Assembly (NCBI RefSeq): GCF_001194135.2
Contig: NC_068986.1
Coordinates: forward strand, 57,728,393-57,785,072
Source: Octopus bimaculoides
Lineage: Eukaryota
Reading direction: 5' to 3'
DNA length: 56,680 nucleotides
The position numbers and the translations under genes were made by a program. A model generated the notes under the pieces. It made no database searches. It was not told the DNA's origin and saw nothing but the letters and a program-made list of their open reading frames with translations. Shown here piece by piece: positions 12,211-22,980 of the stretch (the first letter of the stretch is position 1; every line of letters starts with the position of its first letter).

Positions 12211-13963
12211 TATTTCATGGAAATTGGCCATGAAGGCCTAACATAGAAGCAATGCAGGCTGGACATTTACATTAATGAAATGAGAAATGGCAAAATGCGA
12301 ATGTTATAAATGAGAGGAGTATTCGGCGCCCGCCGACCGAAAACCCTCGAAATCACTGTTCTTTTACAATTCAAATTACATACAATCAAATCAAATAAAA
12401 TCACATCAAATCAAATAAAATCACATCAAATCAAATCAAACAATCAAAATAACATAATTCAATAATCAATGAATAGGCACTTAAGCCTCTTAAACTTCCT
12501 CCCCGAGCAACTTTTTTGCCTCTCGCAGGCAAGCCTGCTGCGACAAGTCGGGGCCTATTCCAAGGAATTGAAAATCTTCCTTTCTAAAGGAGGCCATTAT
12601 CTTGAATAACTCCGTGTTGCTCTGAACTTCCGCGTACACCTGTGGAGGCCACTCTGGATAGTTCAGGTACCCGGACTCTAACCGTTCACGGTCCAGTATG
12701 CCATCCAGGTAGCACTCCACGACCCCTCCCCTGTGGTAGAAGACAATGCAATCACAGTCACACTCACAAGGGGGGGGGGACCTCAGTCTGCTTCATCGGT
12801 GGCACCCTTCTCACCGATGAAGCATCGGGATATGCCGACGTTGTATCAACATCCACCGGTCGTGTCCCATTTCTCCTCCTTCCTCTTTTCTTTGGGGTTG
12901 CGGGAGCAGGGGCCTCTGTTTTTTTAATCGGAAGGACCTCCTTTCCCGTAAACTGCGGATCTCTTGATGAGCAACCATTGTTGCTCACCTTCTTCCGCTT
13001 TCTTTTTACGTGGAGGCAATCTCTTCGATGGCTTCTACCGTCTTCCCCTCTANNNNNNNNNNNNNNNNNNNNNNNNNNNNNNNNNNNNNNNNNNNNNNNN
13101 NNNNNNNNNNNNNNNNNNNNNNNNNNNNNNNNNNNNNNNNNNNNNNNNNNNNNNNNNNNNNNNNNNNNNNNNNNNNNNNNNNNNNNNNNNNNNNNNNNNN
13201 NNNNNNNNNNNNNNNNNNNNNNNNNNNNNNNNNNNNNNNNNNNNNNNNNNNNNNNNNNNNNNNNNNNNNNNNNNNNNNNNNNNNNNNNNNNNNNNNNNNN
13301 NNNNNNNNNNNNNNNNNNNNNNNNNNNNNNNNNNNNNNNNNNNNNNNNNNNNNNNNNNNNNNNNNNNNNNNNNNNNNNNNNNNNNNNNNNNNNNNNNNNN
13401 NNNNNNNCTATCCACTAGAGATTTACCCCGGGCGGCAGCCCACACACTCAGGCAAGAAAGTTTACAAAAAGAAAACAGTTGAAGAAAAAATAAATAAAAA
13501 CAAAGTTCAAATGAAAAGGGATAGACAGAAGAAAGGAGAAAAAAACCAGTTCTACGCGGCAAACAAACGACAATCCTGGCCAACAGGTACTCCAGGCCGG
13601 CTGGAACTCCGTGGTCAGGAACTTTCAAATGATACAGGCCACAAATGACAACAACAGCAACAAAAATTTCAAATCTTCGGGCGGATACGCCCCCAGTGCT
13701 TCTTTTTTTTTTTTTTTGCTACACAACCAAAAAAAATCGAATATCACTTTATCTCAATAGCCGCCGATAGCAGGCGAAATTACCCAGAGCTGGGCACAAT
13801 TTACCGAAAAAAATATTTTACATGCAATAAATTCTGCCCAGCTCCAAACAACAAAGTCATTTCGACGGACTTTCTTGGGTCTTAATTTTTGTTCTTTTTA
13901 GGCCGGAGCTCACAGCACACGTCCTCACTGTTCACATGAAAACACGAAAACCAGCGCATGCGC
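12211..13963 (-). mobile_element. Non-LTR element unit A, apparently ORF1-only (HAL1-like), with a 16-bp TSD
   Basis: Flanked by GGGAAGCAAGATTCTT (12195-12210) and GGGAAGGAAGCTTCTT (13964-13979), 14/16 identical. Leader 13963-13408; gap 13053-13407; GC-rich, frameshifted coding-like segment ending at TAA 12490; ~280-nt 3' UTR with (TTTGA)n and a terminal AATAAA. Confidence 0.6.
12490..13052 (-). pseudogene. C-terminal part of an ORF1-like protein of unit A
   Basis: Basic/Pro-rich low-complexity stretch (PATPKKRGRRRNG) followed by a globular-looking tail (CDCIVFYHRGGVVECYLDG..YPEWPPQVYAEV..LGEEV*), with stop and frameshifts. The ORF1 identity is inferred from context. Confidence 0.5.
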
Positions 13964-13998
13964 GGGAAGGAAGCTTCTTACCACACAGCCATGCCTGC
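13964..13998 (-). mobile_element. 5' 35 nt of a tRNA-derived SINE head (insertion target)
   Basis: The minus strand reads GCAGGCATGGCTGTGTGGTAAGAAGCTTCCTTCCC. Intact copies in this window (15622, 45558) continue ...CTTCCCAACCAC, whereas this one switches abruptly to unit A. Confidence 0.8.
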
Positions 13999-14218
13999 AA
14001 TACTTATAATTAGAATACAGGGTTATTTTCTTAAACTATGTAATCGATATTAATAGTCCGAGTAATATTTTTTAATGATTCGCAAAACAACTCGAAATTT
14101 TTCTTTGAACATTACATCTCTTATACACCCACAATATGGCCTCACTGTCTCTCGAAATATGTACTGGTATAAAAAGAAATGATGTACCGGTACAACTTGT
14201 TAGTGTTTATTAAAATGT

Positions 14219-14540
14219 GGAAGGGCGTGGATTAGTAGTTAGGGTATTCGGTCCACGATCGTAAGGTTGTGAGTTCGGTACACAGCGGTACGTTGTGTCC
14301 TTGAGCAAGACACTTTATTTCCCTTTGCTCCAGTCCACTCAACTGGCACAACTGAGTAGTACCAGCATTTCAAAAGGCCAATCTTGTTTAAATCGTGTCA
14401 CACTGAATCTCCCTAAGTACTACTTTAAGGGTATACGTGTCTATGAAGTGCGCAGCCACTTACATATTAACTTCACGAGCAGGTTGTTCCGTTGGTCGGA
14501 TCAGCTGGAACCCTTGTCGTCAAAACTGACTGAGTACCCA
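14219..14540 (+). mobile_element. tRNA-headed SINE with CORE-like central domain
   Basis: A/B-box-like head (GGATTAGTAGTTAGG...GAGTTCGGT), then GTGTCCTTGAGCAAGACACTTTATTTC..TTGCTCCAGTCCACTCA. Related copies at 16255-16578(-), 35135-35310(+) and possibly ~38640-38940(+). Confidence 0.75.
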
Positions 14541-15528
14541 TTGTTTTTTTACTGAAATGTGTTTAAATGAAAAATGTCCTGTAATTTCACAAGGTGCCAC
14601 ACAGGCACAAACACACACGTACAAACGCATACAAACAAACCCATAAACATTATCCAATGTTCTCTTTTGTAAGATTAAAAGAGTAGTTTGGTGGAACTTT
14701 CGTTGCTGTTTCTAGCTGATCGAGCAGCCAATAACAATAGAAAGTTTAAATGGGCAAAATTGAGTTTGAAATAATTAAGAATCACTGGTGCAGAGTTAAA
14801 AGTTCAAAACTCAAGAAAAATGCGACTTTCAGGCAAACACGTCATTTTTTAACTATGCAACTATATCTTAATTTAACGGTTGGTGGAAATCTTCGGGTCT
14901 GCTTTCACCGGATCTCAGCTTCTTTGATAATTATTCATCGACTAAAGAAACACACACACACAAACACACACACACACACACACACACATGTTTGTATGTA
15001 TGTATGTATGTATGTATGTATGTATGTATACACACGTGCTCGCACTCATACAGATGTATTAAGGCATAGACTTGAAAGGCTTTTAATGTTGGAATTTTGC
15101 AAAAGAATGCGAGCGTGTTTATGTGTATGTTTGTGCGTGTTTTCTTCGAGATTTCTTTCAGTCTTCAGATTTCAAACCGCTCCGAACCTGTAGAACGGTA
15201 TACAAATCTTCACTGTATCACTTATCGATCGGATTTTGAGGACACGTGCCAATTTGCTTTCTTTGTTCTCCATAACACCGACATTAAGAGACTTTGAAGT
15301 AAATCCTTTACTAAATAGCCCAGTGTATTCTTTTCAAATTTCTCAAATACGAAACTGGTTATTTCTCCAAAAATAATGTTACTATACGCAAAATCTTATA
15401 ACATTTTTCCAACATAAAGATTTAAATATATTCTTTAACCATATAACACAAGCCTTCGGTAGTTTTTTTCACTCTATTTTGTCTTTTATACATCCAACTA
15501 CGTGCTTTCACACACCAACTCCCTCAGC

Positions 15529-15609
<81 letters not shown>

Positions 15610-15621
15610 TCATAGACAGAC

Positions 15622-15782
15622 GCAGACGTAGCTGTGTGGTAGGAACTTTGCTTCCCAACCACATGGTTCCAGGTTCAGTTTCACTGTGTAATATCTTGAG
15701 CGAGTGACCTCTACTATAGCCACGAACCACTTAAAGACTTGTGAAAGGATTTGGAAACGGAAACTGAAAGAAGCCCGTCGTA
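15622..15782 (+). mobile_element. tRNA-derived SINE, 5' half
   Basis: GCAGACGTAGCTGTGTGGTAGGAACTTTGCTTCCCAACCACATGGTTCCAGGTTCAGT...GGAAACTGAAAGAAGCCCGTCG. Confidence 0.8.
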
Positions 15783-15902
15783 TATATGTATATATATCTA
15801 TATTTCATATAAATTTGTATGAAAAATATGTTGTCTATTGACTTTATTACGCACCTTTATTGACTTTATTATGTCGCACCTCCTTAAAGGGGTTTTAAGC
15901 GC

Positions 15903-15970
15903 TTATTCTTTGTAAGCCCTTATTCTTTGTAAGCCCTTATTCTTTGTAAGCCTTTATTCTTTGTAAGCCC
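15903..15970. repeat. 17-bp tandem repeat x4 (TTATTCTTTGTAAGCCC)
   Basis: Four consecutive units, one with a single mismatch, abutting the adjacent minus-strand SINE. Confidence 0.9.
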
Positions 15971-16240
15971 AGTACTTATTCTATCGGTCTCTTAGGCCGA
16001 ACCGCTAGGTTACGGGACGTAAACACACCAGTATAGGTTGTCAAGCGATAGTGGGGTCAAACACACACACACAGACACTCATACATATATATGATGGGCT
16101 TCTTTCAGTTTCCGTCAAGCAAATCCACTCACAAGTCTTTAGTCGACCCAAGGCTATAGTAGGAAACACTTGCCCAAGGTGCCATGCAGTGGCACTGAAC
16201 CCGGAACCATGTTGATAAGCAAGCTACTTACCACACAGCA
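15971..16240 (-). mobile_element. tRNA-derived SINE (same family as 15622), near full length
   Basis: Reverse complement: GCTGTGTGGTAAGTAGCTTGCTTATCAACATGGTTCCGGGTTCAGTGCCACTGCATGGCACCTTGGGCAAGTG...GATAGAATAAGTACTG. Confidence 0.8.
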
Positions 16241-16254
16241 ACTATATATGAGGT

Positions 16255-16578
16255 TACCTCCTTCGGTCATGAATGACCATGGGATTGCACCTAGAAAGTT
16301 ACCCTCCCAGGCACAAATCCGGGCAAGGTTGTGTATGGAAGGCCAGCAGTCGCCCATGCATACCGACCTCCCCTCTCCACACCACCAGTGTTAGCTAAGG
16401 GAAAGGCAAAGGCCGATACGGCTTGGCACCAGTAATGTCGCAACTCATTTCTACAGCTGAGTTAACAGGAGCCACGTGAAATAAAGTGTTTTGCTCAAGA
16501 CCACAACACGCAGCCCGGTCCGGGAATCGAACTCACAACCTCATGATCGTAAGCTCGACGCTCTAACCACTGAGCCAC
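16255..16578 (-). mobile_element. CORE-like SINE with tRNA head and extended 3' body
   Basis: Reverse complement: CGTGGCTCAGTGGTTAGAGCGTCGAGCTTACGATCATGAGGTTGTGAGTTCGATTCCCGG...GTGGTCTTGAGCAAAACACTTTATTTCACGTGGCTCC, with clear A and B boxes. Confidence 0.8.
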
Positions 16579-18035
16579 GAAGCAAGAAAAAACACGAAAA
16601 AACAACAACACGAGTACGTGGAACAAGTACTATGTTATTGGACGCCCAGGAAAGGAAAGAAAAGAAGGTGGATTTCATGCTTCGAGCGGAGATCTTCATC
16701 AGAGATATAGGAAAAGTCGAAAGAAGGGAAGACGGAGAAAGTCGCCAACTATGCACACGCGGTCACATAATATAGTATATATATAAAAACAAATAGTAAA
16801 TGAGTATATGCATATATACGTACAGGTATGTGCATACCGACATCCACCTGTATGTATAGGTGCATATCTATCNNNNNNNNNNNNNNNNNNNNNNNNNNNN
16901 NNNNNNNNNNNNNNNNNNNNNNNNNNNNNNNNNNNNNNNNNNNNNNNNNNNNNNNNNNNNNNNNNNNNNNNNNNNNNNNNNNNNNNNNNNNNNNNNNNNN
17001 NNNNNNNNNNNNNNNNNNNNNNNNNNNNNNNNNNNNNNNNNNNNNNNNNNNNNNNNNNNNNNNNNNNNNNNNNNNNNNNNNNNNNNNNNNNNNNNNNNNN
17101 NNNNNNNNNNNNNNNNNNNNNNNNNNNNNNNNNNNNNNNNNNNNNNNNNNNNNNNNNNNNNNNNNNNNNNNNNNNNNNNNNNNNNNNNNNNNNNNNNNNN
17201 NNNNNNNNNNNNNNNNNNNNNNNNNNNNNNNNNNNNNNNNNNNNNNNNNNNNNNNNNNNNNNNNNNNNNNNNNNNNNNNNNNNNNNNNNNNNNNNNNNNN
17301 NNNNNNNNNNNNNNNNNNNNNNNNNNNNNNNNNNNNNNNNNNNNNNNNNNNNNNNNNNNNNNNNNNNNNNNNNNNNNNNNNNNNNNNNNNNNNNNNNNNN
17401 NNNNNNNNNNNNNNNNNNNNNNNNNNNNNNNNNNNNNNNNNNNNNNNNNNNNNNNNNNNNNNNNNNNNNNNNNNNNNNNNNNNNNNNNNNNNNNNNNNNN
17501 NNNNNNNNNNNNNNNNNNNNNNNNNNNNNNNNNNNNNNNNNNNNNNNNNNNNNNNNNNNNNNNNNNNNNNNNNNNNNNNNNNNNNNNNNNNNNNNNNNNN
17601 NNNNNNNNNNNNNNNNNNNNNNNNNNNNNNNNNNNNNNNNNNNNNNNNNNNNNNNNNNNNNNNNNNGGGGGGAAAAAGAGATACGTAGTAGTAACAGAGG
17701 AAGAACGAGAGGGTTAAAACGAGATACGTAGTAGTAAAGAGGAAGAACGAGAGGGGAGAAAATGATAGAGGAAGAGAGAGAGAAAGAGATAGAGTAGCGT
17801 CGGAAAATATGAAGTTACGAAAACTACTTACAGTCATGTAAAAACAAATAGTAAATGAGTACATGCATATATACGTACAGGTATGTGCATACCGACATCC
17901 ACCTGTATGTATAGGTGCATATCTATCTATATATATATATGTAACAAAGTTATCTTATTCCACGCGGGTAGAAATATAGGAAACTTTAAAGTTGCAAATG
18001 TACTGAGAATGATTAGAATAATTTTTATTTATATA

Positions 18036-19520
18036 TTCTAAGCGTTAACTGGTTTCATATTTTTCATTGAATTTCAAAAAGTTCTAATAATAAGACGTGG
18101 CTTATGACGCGGCTGTCTTGCTTATGACTAATGTTTGAAGTTTGCCCTATTTTTATAGGCAATTCAAGGCTCAAATTAGTATATGTTTTGAATAAGATTT
18201 GATTGGTAGAGGATAGGTACATGACTGGTCTTGGAAATTTTTGTAGGTTCCCCGCTACATCTGTGTGTAGTATCAAGTGACAATGTTTGGCGTCGTAAGT
18301 TAAGGCTGACACGGTTGACTGAACATGTCCAAACAATCAATGCTCTGAATGTTTTCTGTCAAGTGGTCGTAGAGAATGAACACACGATTAAGTTTATAGC
18401 CTTTTGTAAATATCCCGCTACGTCCGTGCGTTAGTGTCAGGTGACTGTATATTTTGCGCCTAAAAAGAAGGCCGACACAGTTGCGTGAACATGCTTAGTT
18501 ATAATCAGGGTACTACAAAATTTAATCTGTCTGGTGGAAGAGTGGACAGGAGTCGCTTGTATGTAGTCCAGTGGCTAAAGTTTATGTTGTTAGCTGTGTA
18601 GGTTCCTCATGATAAGTGGCAGCAGGAATTTTTTTGTATGAATAGTTATTTGTGTATGTACTCTGTTAAAGTTTGTGAAGGCTTGGTTTGTACTTTTGTA
18701 TGAAAATATTTTCTTTGTTTATCCGTGAGTCATCTGTGGTATTCGCTGAACATAGGTAGAGTGGGAAGACCTGGAATTTTGAGGACTTATCTTTTGCACA
18801 TTTGTCTATGTGTCCACTTAGTGGAATCTGACTAATACTGGGGTGAATGGTCGGTGAATGGTCAGTCTGTTTCTTAGAGTAAGCTTTGTTTGGCCTATGT
18901 AATCTTCATTACATCCTTGAAATTTGATAGTGTATATTAAATTCTTTGAAGAACATGTAAAGTGATATTTTTACGGAAAAATGTGTCGTGATTTGAATTT
19001 GCATGTTGTCTTCAATAAGGTACACATTCTGTAATTGGGATGGCCACACCTTTTGACTATTGTTGTAGAAATTGTGGAATGTAATTTAGCGCTTGTGAGG
19101 AATTCTTTGATGGACTTTGGTTGTCATTTACACTTTTGACTATTTTGTGTACTTCGAATGCGTGTTTCATTCTTGGCTTTTGTAGTAGTGGGATAGTCTG
19201 TTGGATAATATTGTAAATCTCTGTTTCTTGGGATGTGTGTTGTAATAAACCGTGTCAACCTTAACTTACGACGCCAAACATTATCACTTGATACTAACAC
19301 ACAGACGTAGAGGGGTAAATACAACAATTTCTTAGACCAGTCATGTGAGTATTCTCTACTAATCAAATCCTATTAAAAAATGATACTAATTTGAGCCTAT
19401 AAAAATAGGGAAAGCTTCAAACACTAATCAGAAGCAAGACAACTGCGACTTAAGCCAAGTTTTTTTATTTGAACTTTTTTGAAAATCAGTGTAAACTGTG
19501 AAACCGTTTAAAGCTTCAAA
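18036..19520 (-). mobile_element. Penelope-like element, 5'-truncated: GIY-YIG endonuclease relic with inverted terminal copies
   Basis: Minus-strand FTCSSKNLIYTIKFQGCNEDYIGQTKLTLRNRLTIHR (~18887-18943 for the core), then IPLSGHIDKC..KENIFIQKYKPSL. Segments 18036-18320 and 19248-19520 are diverged inverted copies of the 3' terminal region. Confidence 0.85.
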
Positions 19521-19552
19521 TATATTAATAAAAATATTTTAGCTATTCTCAG

Positions 19553-19613
<61 letters not shown>

Positions 19614-19619
19614 TATAGG

Positions 19620-19895
19620 TGTGTGTGTTCATGTACGTCTTTGTCCCACACCACCGCTTGACAACCGATGTTGATGTGTTTACGTCTCCGTACGTAGCGG
19701 TTCGGCAAAAGACACAGAATAAGTTCCAGGCTTAACTAGATTAAGTACTGTGGTCGATTCATTCAGCTAAAAATTCTTCAAGGCGGTGCTTCAGGATGGA
19801 TGCATTATAATGACTGAAACAAATAAATAAAAAATTCCCAAGTCCTGGGGTCGATTTGTCCGACTAAAAGTGGTACTCCAGTATGGAATGAGTGA
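19620..19895 (+). mobile_element. SINE 3' half with a partially duplicated tail
   Basis: CCACCGCTTGACAACCGATGTTGATGTGTTTACGT..AGCGGTTCGGCAAAAGA matches the 3' half of the 15971-16240 copy. Confidence 0.7.
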
Positions 19896-20944
19896 CAGGC
19901 GAAACTTACAGCCCTAATCAAAGCAAAAATTATAAACACATTTTGCACAAGTTTCAGTAAACGCTTTAACATATACACACGCATGTGCATGCGTATATGT
20001 ATATGTACGCAGAAATCGTTACGGGTGCAATACCCAGCTATGAATGGTTTTATCCTGAAGCACACCCATTTAGGTCCCATATCACTCTGTACTTTTAGAA
20101 AAAGGGAAAATATATATTTTGAAAGAGTATACAAGTATAAACACTCGTCCTTAATNNNNNNNNNNNNNNNNNNNNNNNNNNNNNNNNNNNNNNNNNNNNN
20201 NNNNNNNNNNNNNNNNNNNNNNNNNNNNNNNNNNNNNNNNNNNNNNNNNNNNNNNNNNNNNNNNNNNNNNNNNNNNNNNNNNNNNNNNNNNNNNNNNNNN
20301 NNNNNNNNNNNNNNNNNNNNNNNNNNNNNNNNNNNNNNNNNNNNNNNNNNNNNNNNNNNNNNNNNNNNNNNNNNNNNNNNNNNNNNNNNNNNNNNNNNNN
20401 NNNNNNNNNNNNNNNNNNNNNNNNNNNNNNNNNNNNNNNNNNNNNNNNNNNNNNNNNNNNNNNNNNNNNNNNNNNNNNNNNNNNNNNNNNNNNNNNNNNN
20501 NNNNNNNNNNNNNNNNNNNNNNNNNNNNNNNNNNNNNNNNNNNNNNNNNNNNNNNNNNNNNNNNNNNNNNNNNNNNNNNNNNNNNNNNNNNNNNNNNNNN
20601 NNNNNNNNNNNNNNNNNNNNNNNNNNNNNNNNNNNNNNNNNNNNNNNNNNNNNNNNNNNNNNNNNNNNNNNNNNNNNNNNNNNNNNNNNNNNNNNNNNNN
20701 NNNNNNNNNNNNNNNNNNNNNNNNNNNNNNNNNNNNNNNNNNNNNNNNNNNNNNNNNNNNNNNNNNNNNNNNNNNNNNNNNNNNNNNNNNNNNNNNNNNN
20801 NNNNATATATATATATATATATATATACAAAATCAAAATAAAGTCTTACTTCAAGCTGTGCGGATAATACCGGACTGACTTGGTGCTTCAACTTAAGTAC
20901 CTAATTCAACTGAATCTCAATTATTTATAATATATATAATGATG

Positions 20945-21180
20945 GTTTGTTGCCAACTTAATGTGGCAGTCCCAGGAAAGGGAAGAACGTTACTGCTATT
21001 TAGCTCCAAGAAACACCGTTTCTAGTTGGTTACGTGACACAAGAGTTCTGTGTCCTTCAGTTTTCAAACAGGGGAGATAATCACCTCCACCCAACAAAGC
21101 CAGTATCTAGAGACTAGTTTCAGGGTAATTGCCTCTCATTAGTAGCTTGGCCTTGCTAGCTCTCGGTACCAAATCGCTGT
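20945..21180 (+). repeat. Dispersed repeat, related to 46255-46495
   Basis: Shared motifs TTGCCA..TAA.TGTGGC, GTTACTG..TTTAG..CCA.GA, TGTGTCC, TTTCAGGGT.ATT.CC. Class unknown. Confidence 0.5.
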
Positions 21181-22817
21181 TGGAAACTTATAGAATTTCA
21201 AGTAAAATAAATTCACTGATCTACAAAATTAGAAATATTGCATTTCTAAATCTCCCAGAAGGAGTTATGCAGTAGCAGCACGATAAAATTACACATATAT
21301 TTATACCTTTTAGATGGTAAATGGGTTTTATTCGCTCTTAAATGTTTCAGGTGTTCCCTCCAGAGATGTTGGGAAAATGTATTGTCTATATTTTTAAAGA
21401 CAAAGAAGAAGAAATATGTTTCGTAGAATTAACGGTAACAATATATCAACAATGGGTGTGTGAACATAATAGCTCTGGGGAAAAAATTAATGCCAGAAGT
21501 AAAAATAAGCTAGTGAGAAAAGTTGGTAAGGGAGATTAGATTGTAAAGCAAAGATGAAGAAAATGTAATTTAAACCAGCTTGAATGTTTGTGTATGTGTG
21601 TAGTTTTATCGTTCACTGTAGGTGATGTTTCCTACTTCCATAAGAAATGCCTGCATTTCTCGAATATCTCCGATCCGGTGTTTACACAATGGTCCATTTT
21701 TTATAGCCTAGATCTTTCGGTGATTTTTCCATTTGATTTTGTACTCAGACGCATTTTGTTTTAATTGCTACATGTAAATAACTACATTTGTTTGTTGTAT
21801 TACTTTTCTATTACATGTCTTAATTAAAATGCATGATTATAAAATATTTGCTCAATCTACCTCTCCAGCATGAATATGCATCATTTACGTACGACCTTTA
21901 GCATGGGATTTACAGAAGTCATCTCTGCTTTATAAATTCTGGCATTTGTATTACAAAAGTTAACTCCCTCATCCTTACATAGCCTCATGTGAGACACTTT
22001 TCAAACGTTGCTCCAGGAACCTCTCTCCCCTATTTCCATTGTGTGTCTCTATCCATAACAAGGATGTATTTGAGTGGTCTTTGTCTTTTATTAAGAAGCA
22101 AAATCTCCAAAATATAAGATTTAGTAGACACTTGTATTTCTGCATGAACATATGCCTTCAGTTTTATTGATGGATGTATGTGTGTACGTGATATTACATT
22201 TTTTAGTTTCATATTTTCAATTAAACTTAACATTCGGGAAAAAGTATTATGTGAAGCGTATGATATTACGACGTCTCTCGTTGCTTTAATGGGAGAGCAT
22301 GAAATTTTCCGTTTTAATCCACTCGCTCGTAAAGTGTAGCAGAATAGGTTGCCTAACTAAATATTGGAAGATAGACTAGTAAGCCTTCTGCAAATGTTGA
22401 TAAGGTCTTTGAAAACTACAGGAATGACAGTCTCTTAACTTAATTTACGAAAAGATTTTGCTGGGTTTTCAAGTTAGCTCTAGTGTAATGTAGAGAAAGT
22501 CAATACAAATTATGTTAGCAGCTATAGTGATATTATTCCTACATTTGTCTCAATTGTGAACGCTTGCCCCATTTGCTATAACGAAAATATTTTCTCTTTA
22601 AACACCTACTCGTATTTTCATGAATTTCTTAGAAAGTACACAAAGATGTACAAACTCAGATCTCAAATATATGCGATAATTTTTTTGTCTTTCAATAAAT
22701 TCGAATATCGAACTTTCCTTATGCATACACGTATATGTATGCCCGGTCATATGTATATGGTTATACACACATATATATACATACATGTATGTACTTTATA
22801 TATATATATATATATAT

Positions 22818-22980
22818 AACGCAGGATAATGCTAAAAATATAGCTTGAACAGGATAAGCTACCCCTATTTTGCAGAAAAAAGTGTTGGTGGCCGGCTATG
22901 AGACCGGCCGCCAACACGTTTTTCTGCCAAATAGGGGTAGCTTATCTCTTCACGCTATATTATTAGCATTATCCTGCGTT
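22818..22980. repeat. 163-bp fold-back palindrome (MITE-like)
   Basis: AACGCAGGATAATGCTAA...GTGTTGGTGGCCGG, loop CTATGAGA, then CCGGCCGCCAACAC...TTAGCATTATCCTGCGTT. The right arm plus the downstream ~90 bp recur at ~39213-39360. Confidence 0.9.

Noticed and set aside
12377-12450. (AAATC/AAATA)n array as a CRISPR or satellite
   Set aside because: It is a short degenerate pentamer tract within the 3' UTR of unit A, with no spacers or cas genes.
14219-16578. tRNA-like A/B box sequences as tRNA genes
   Set aside because: They continue directly into SINE bodies and lack a complete acceptor stem.
21950-22450. Possible L1-type RT relic on the minus strand (NGKFHALPLK; IKLKAYVHA ~ K..AYADD)
   Set aside because: The matches are too short and degenerate to support without a profile search.
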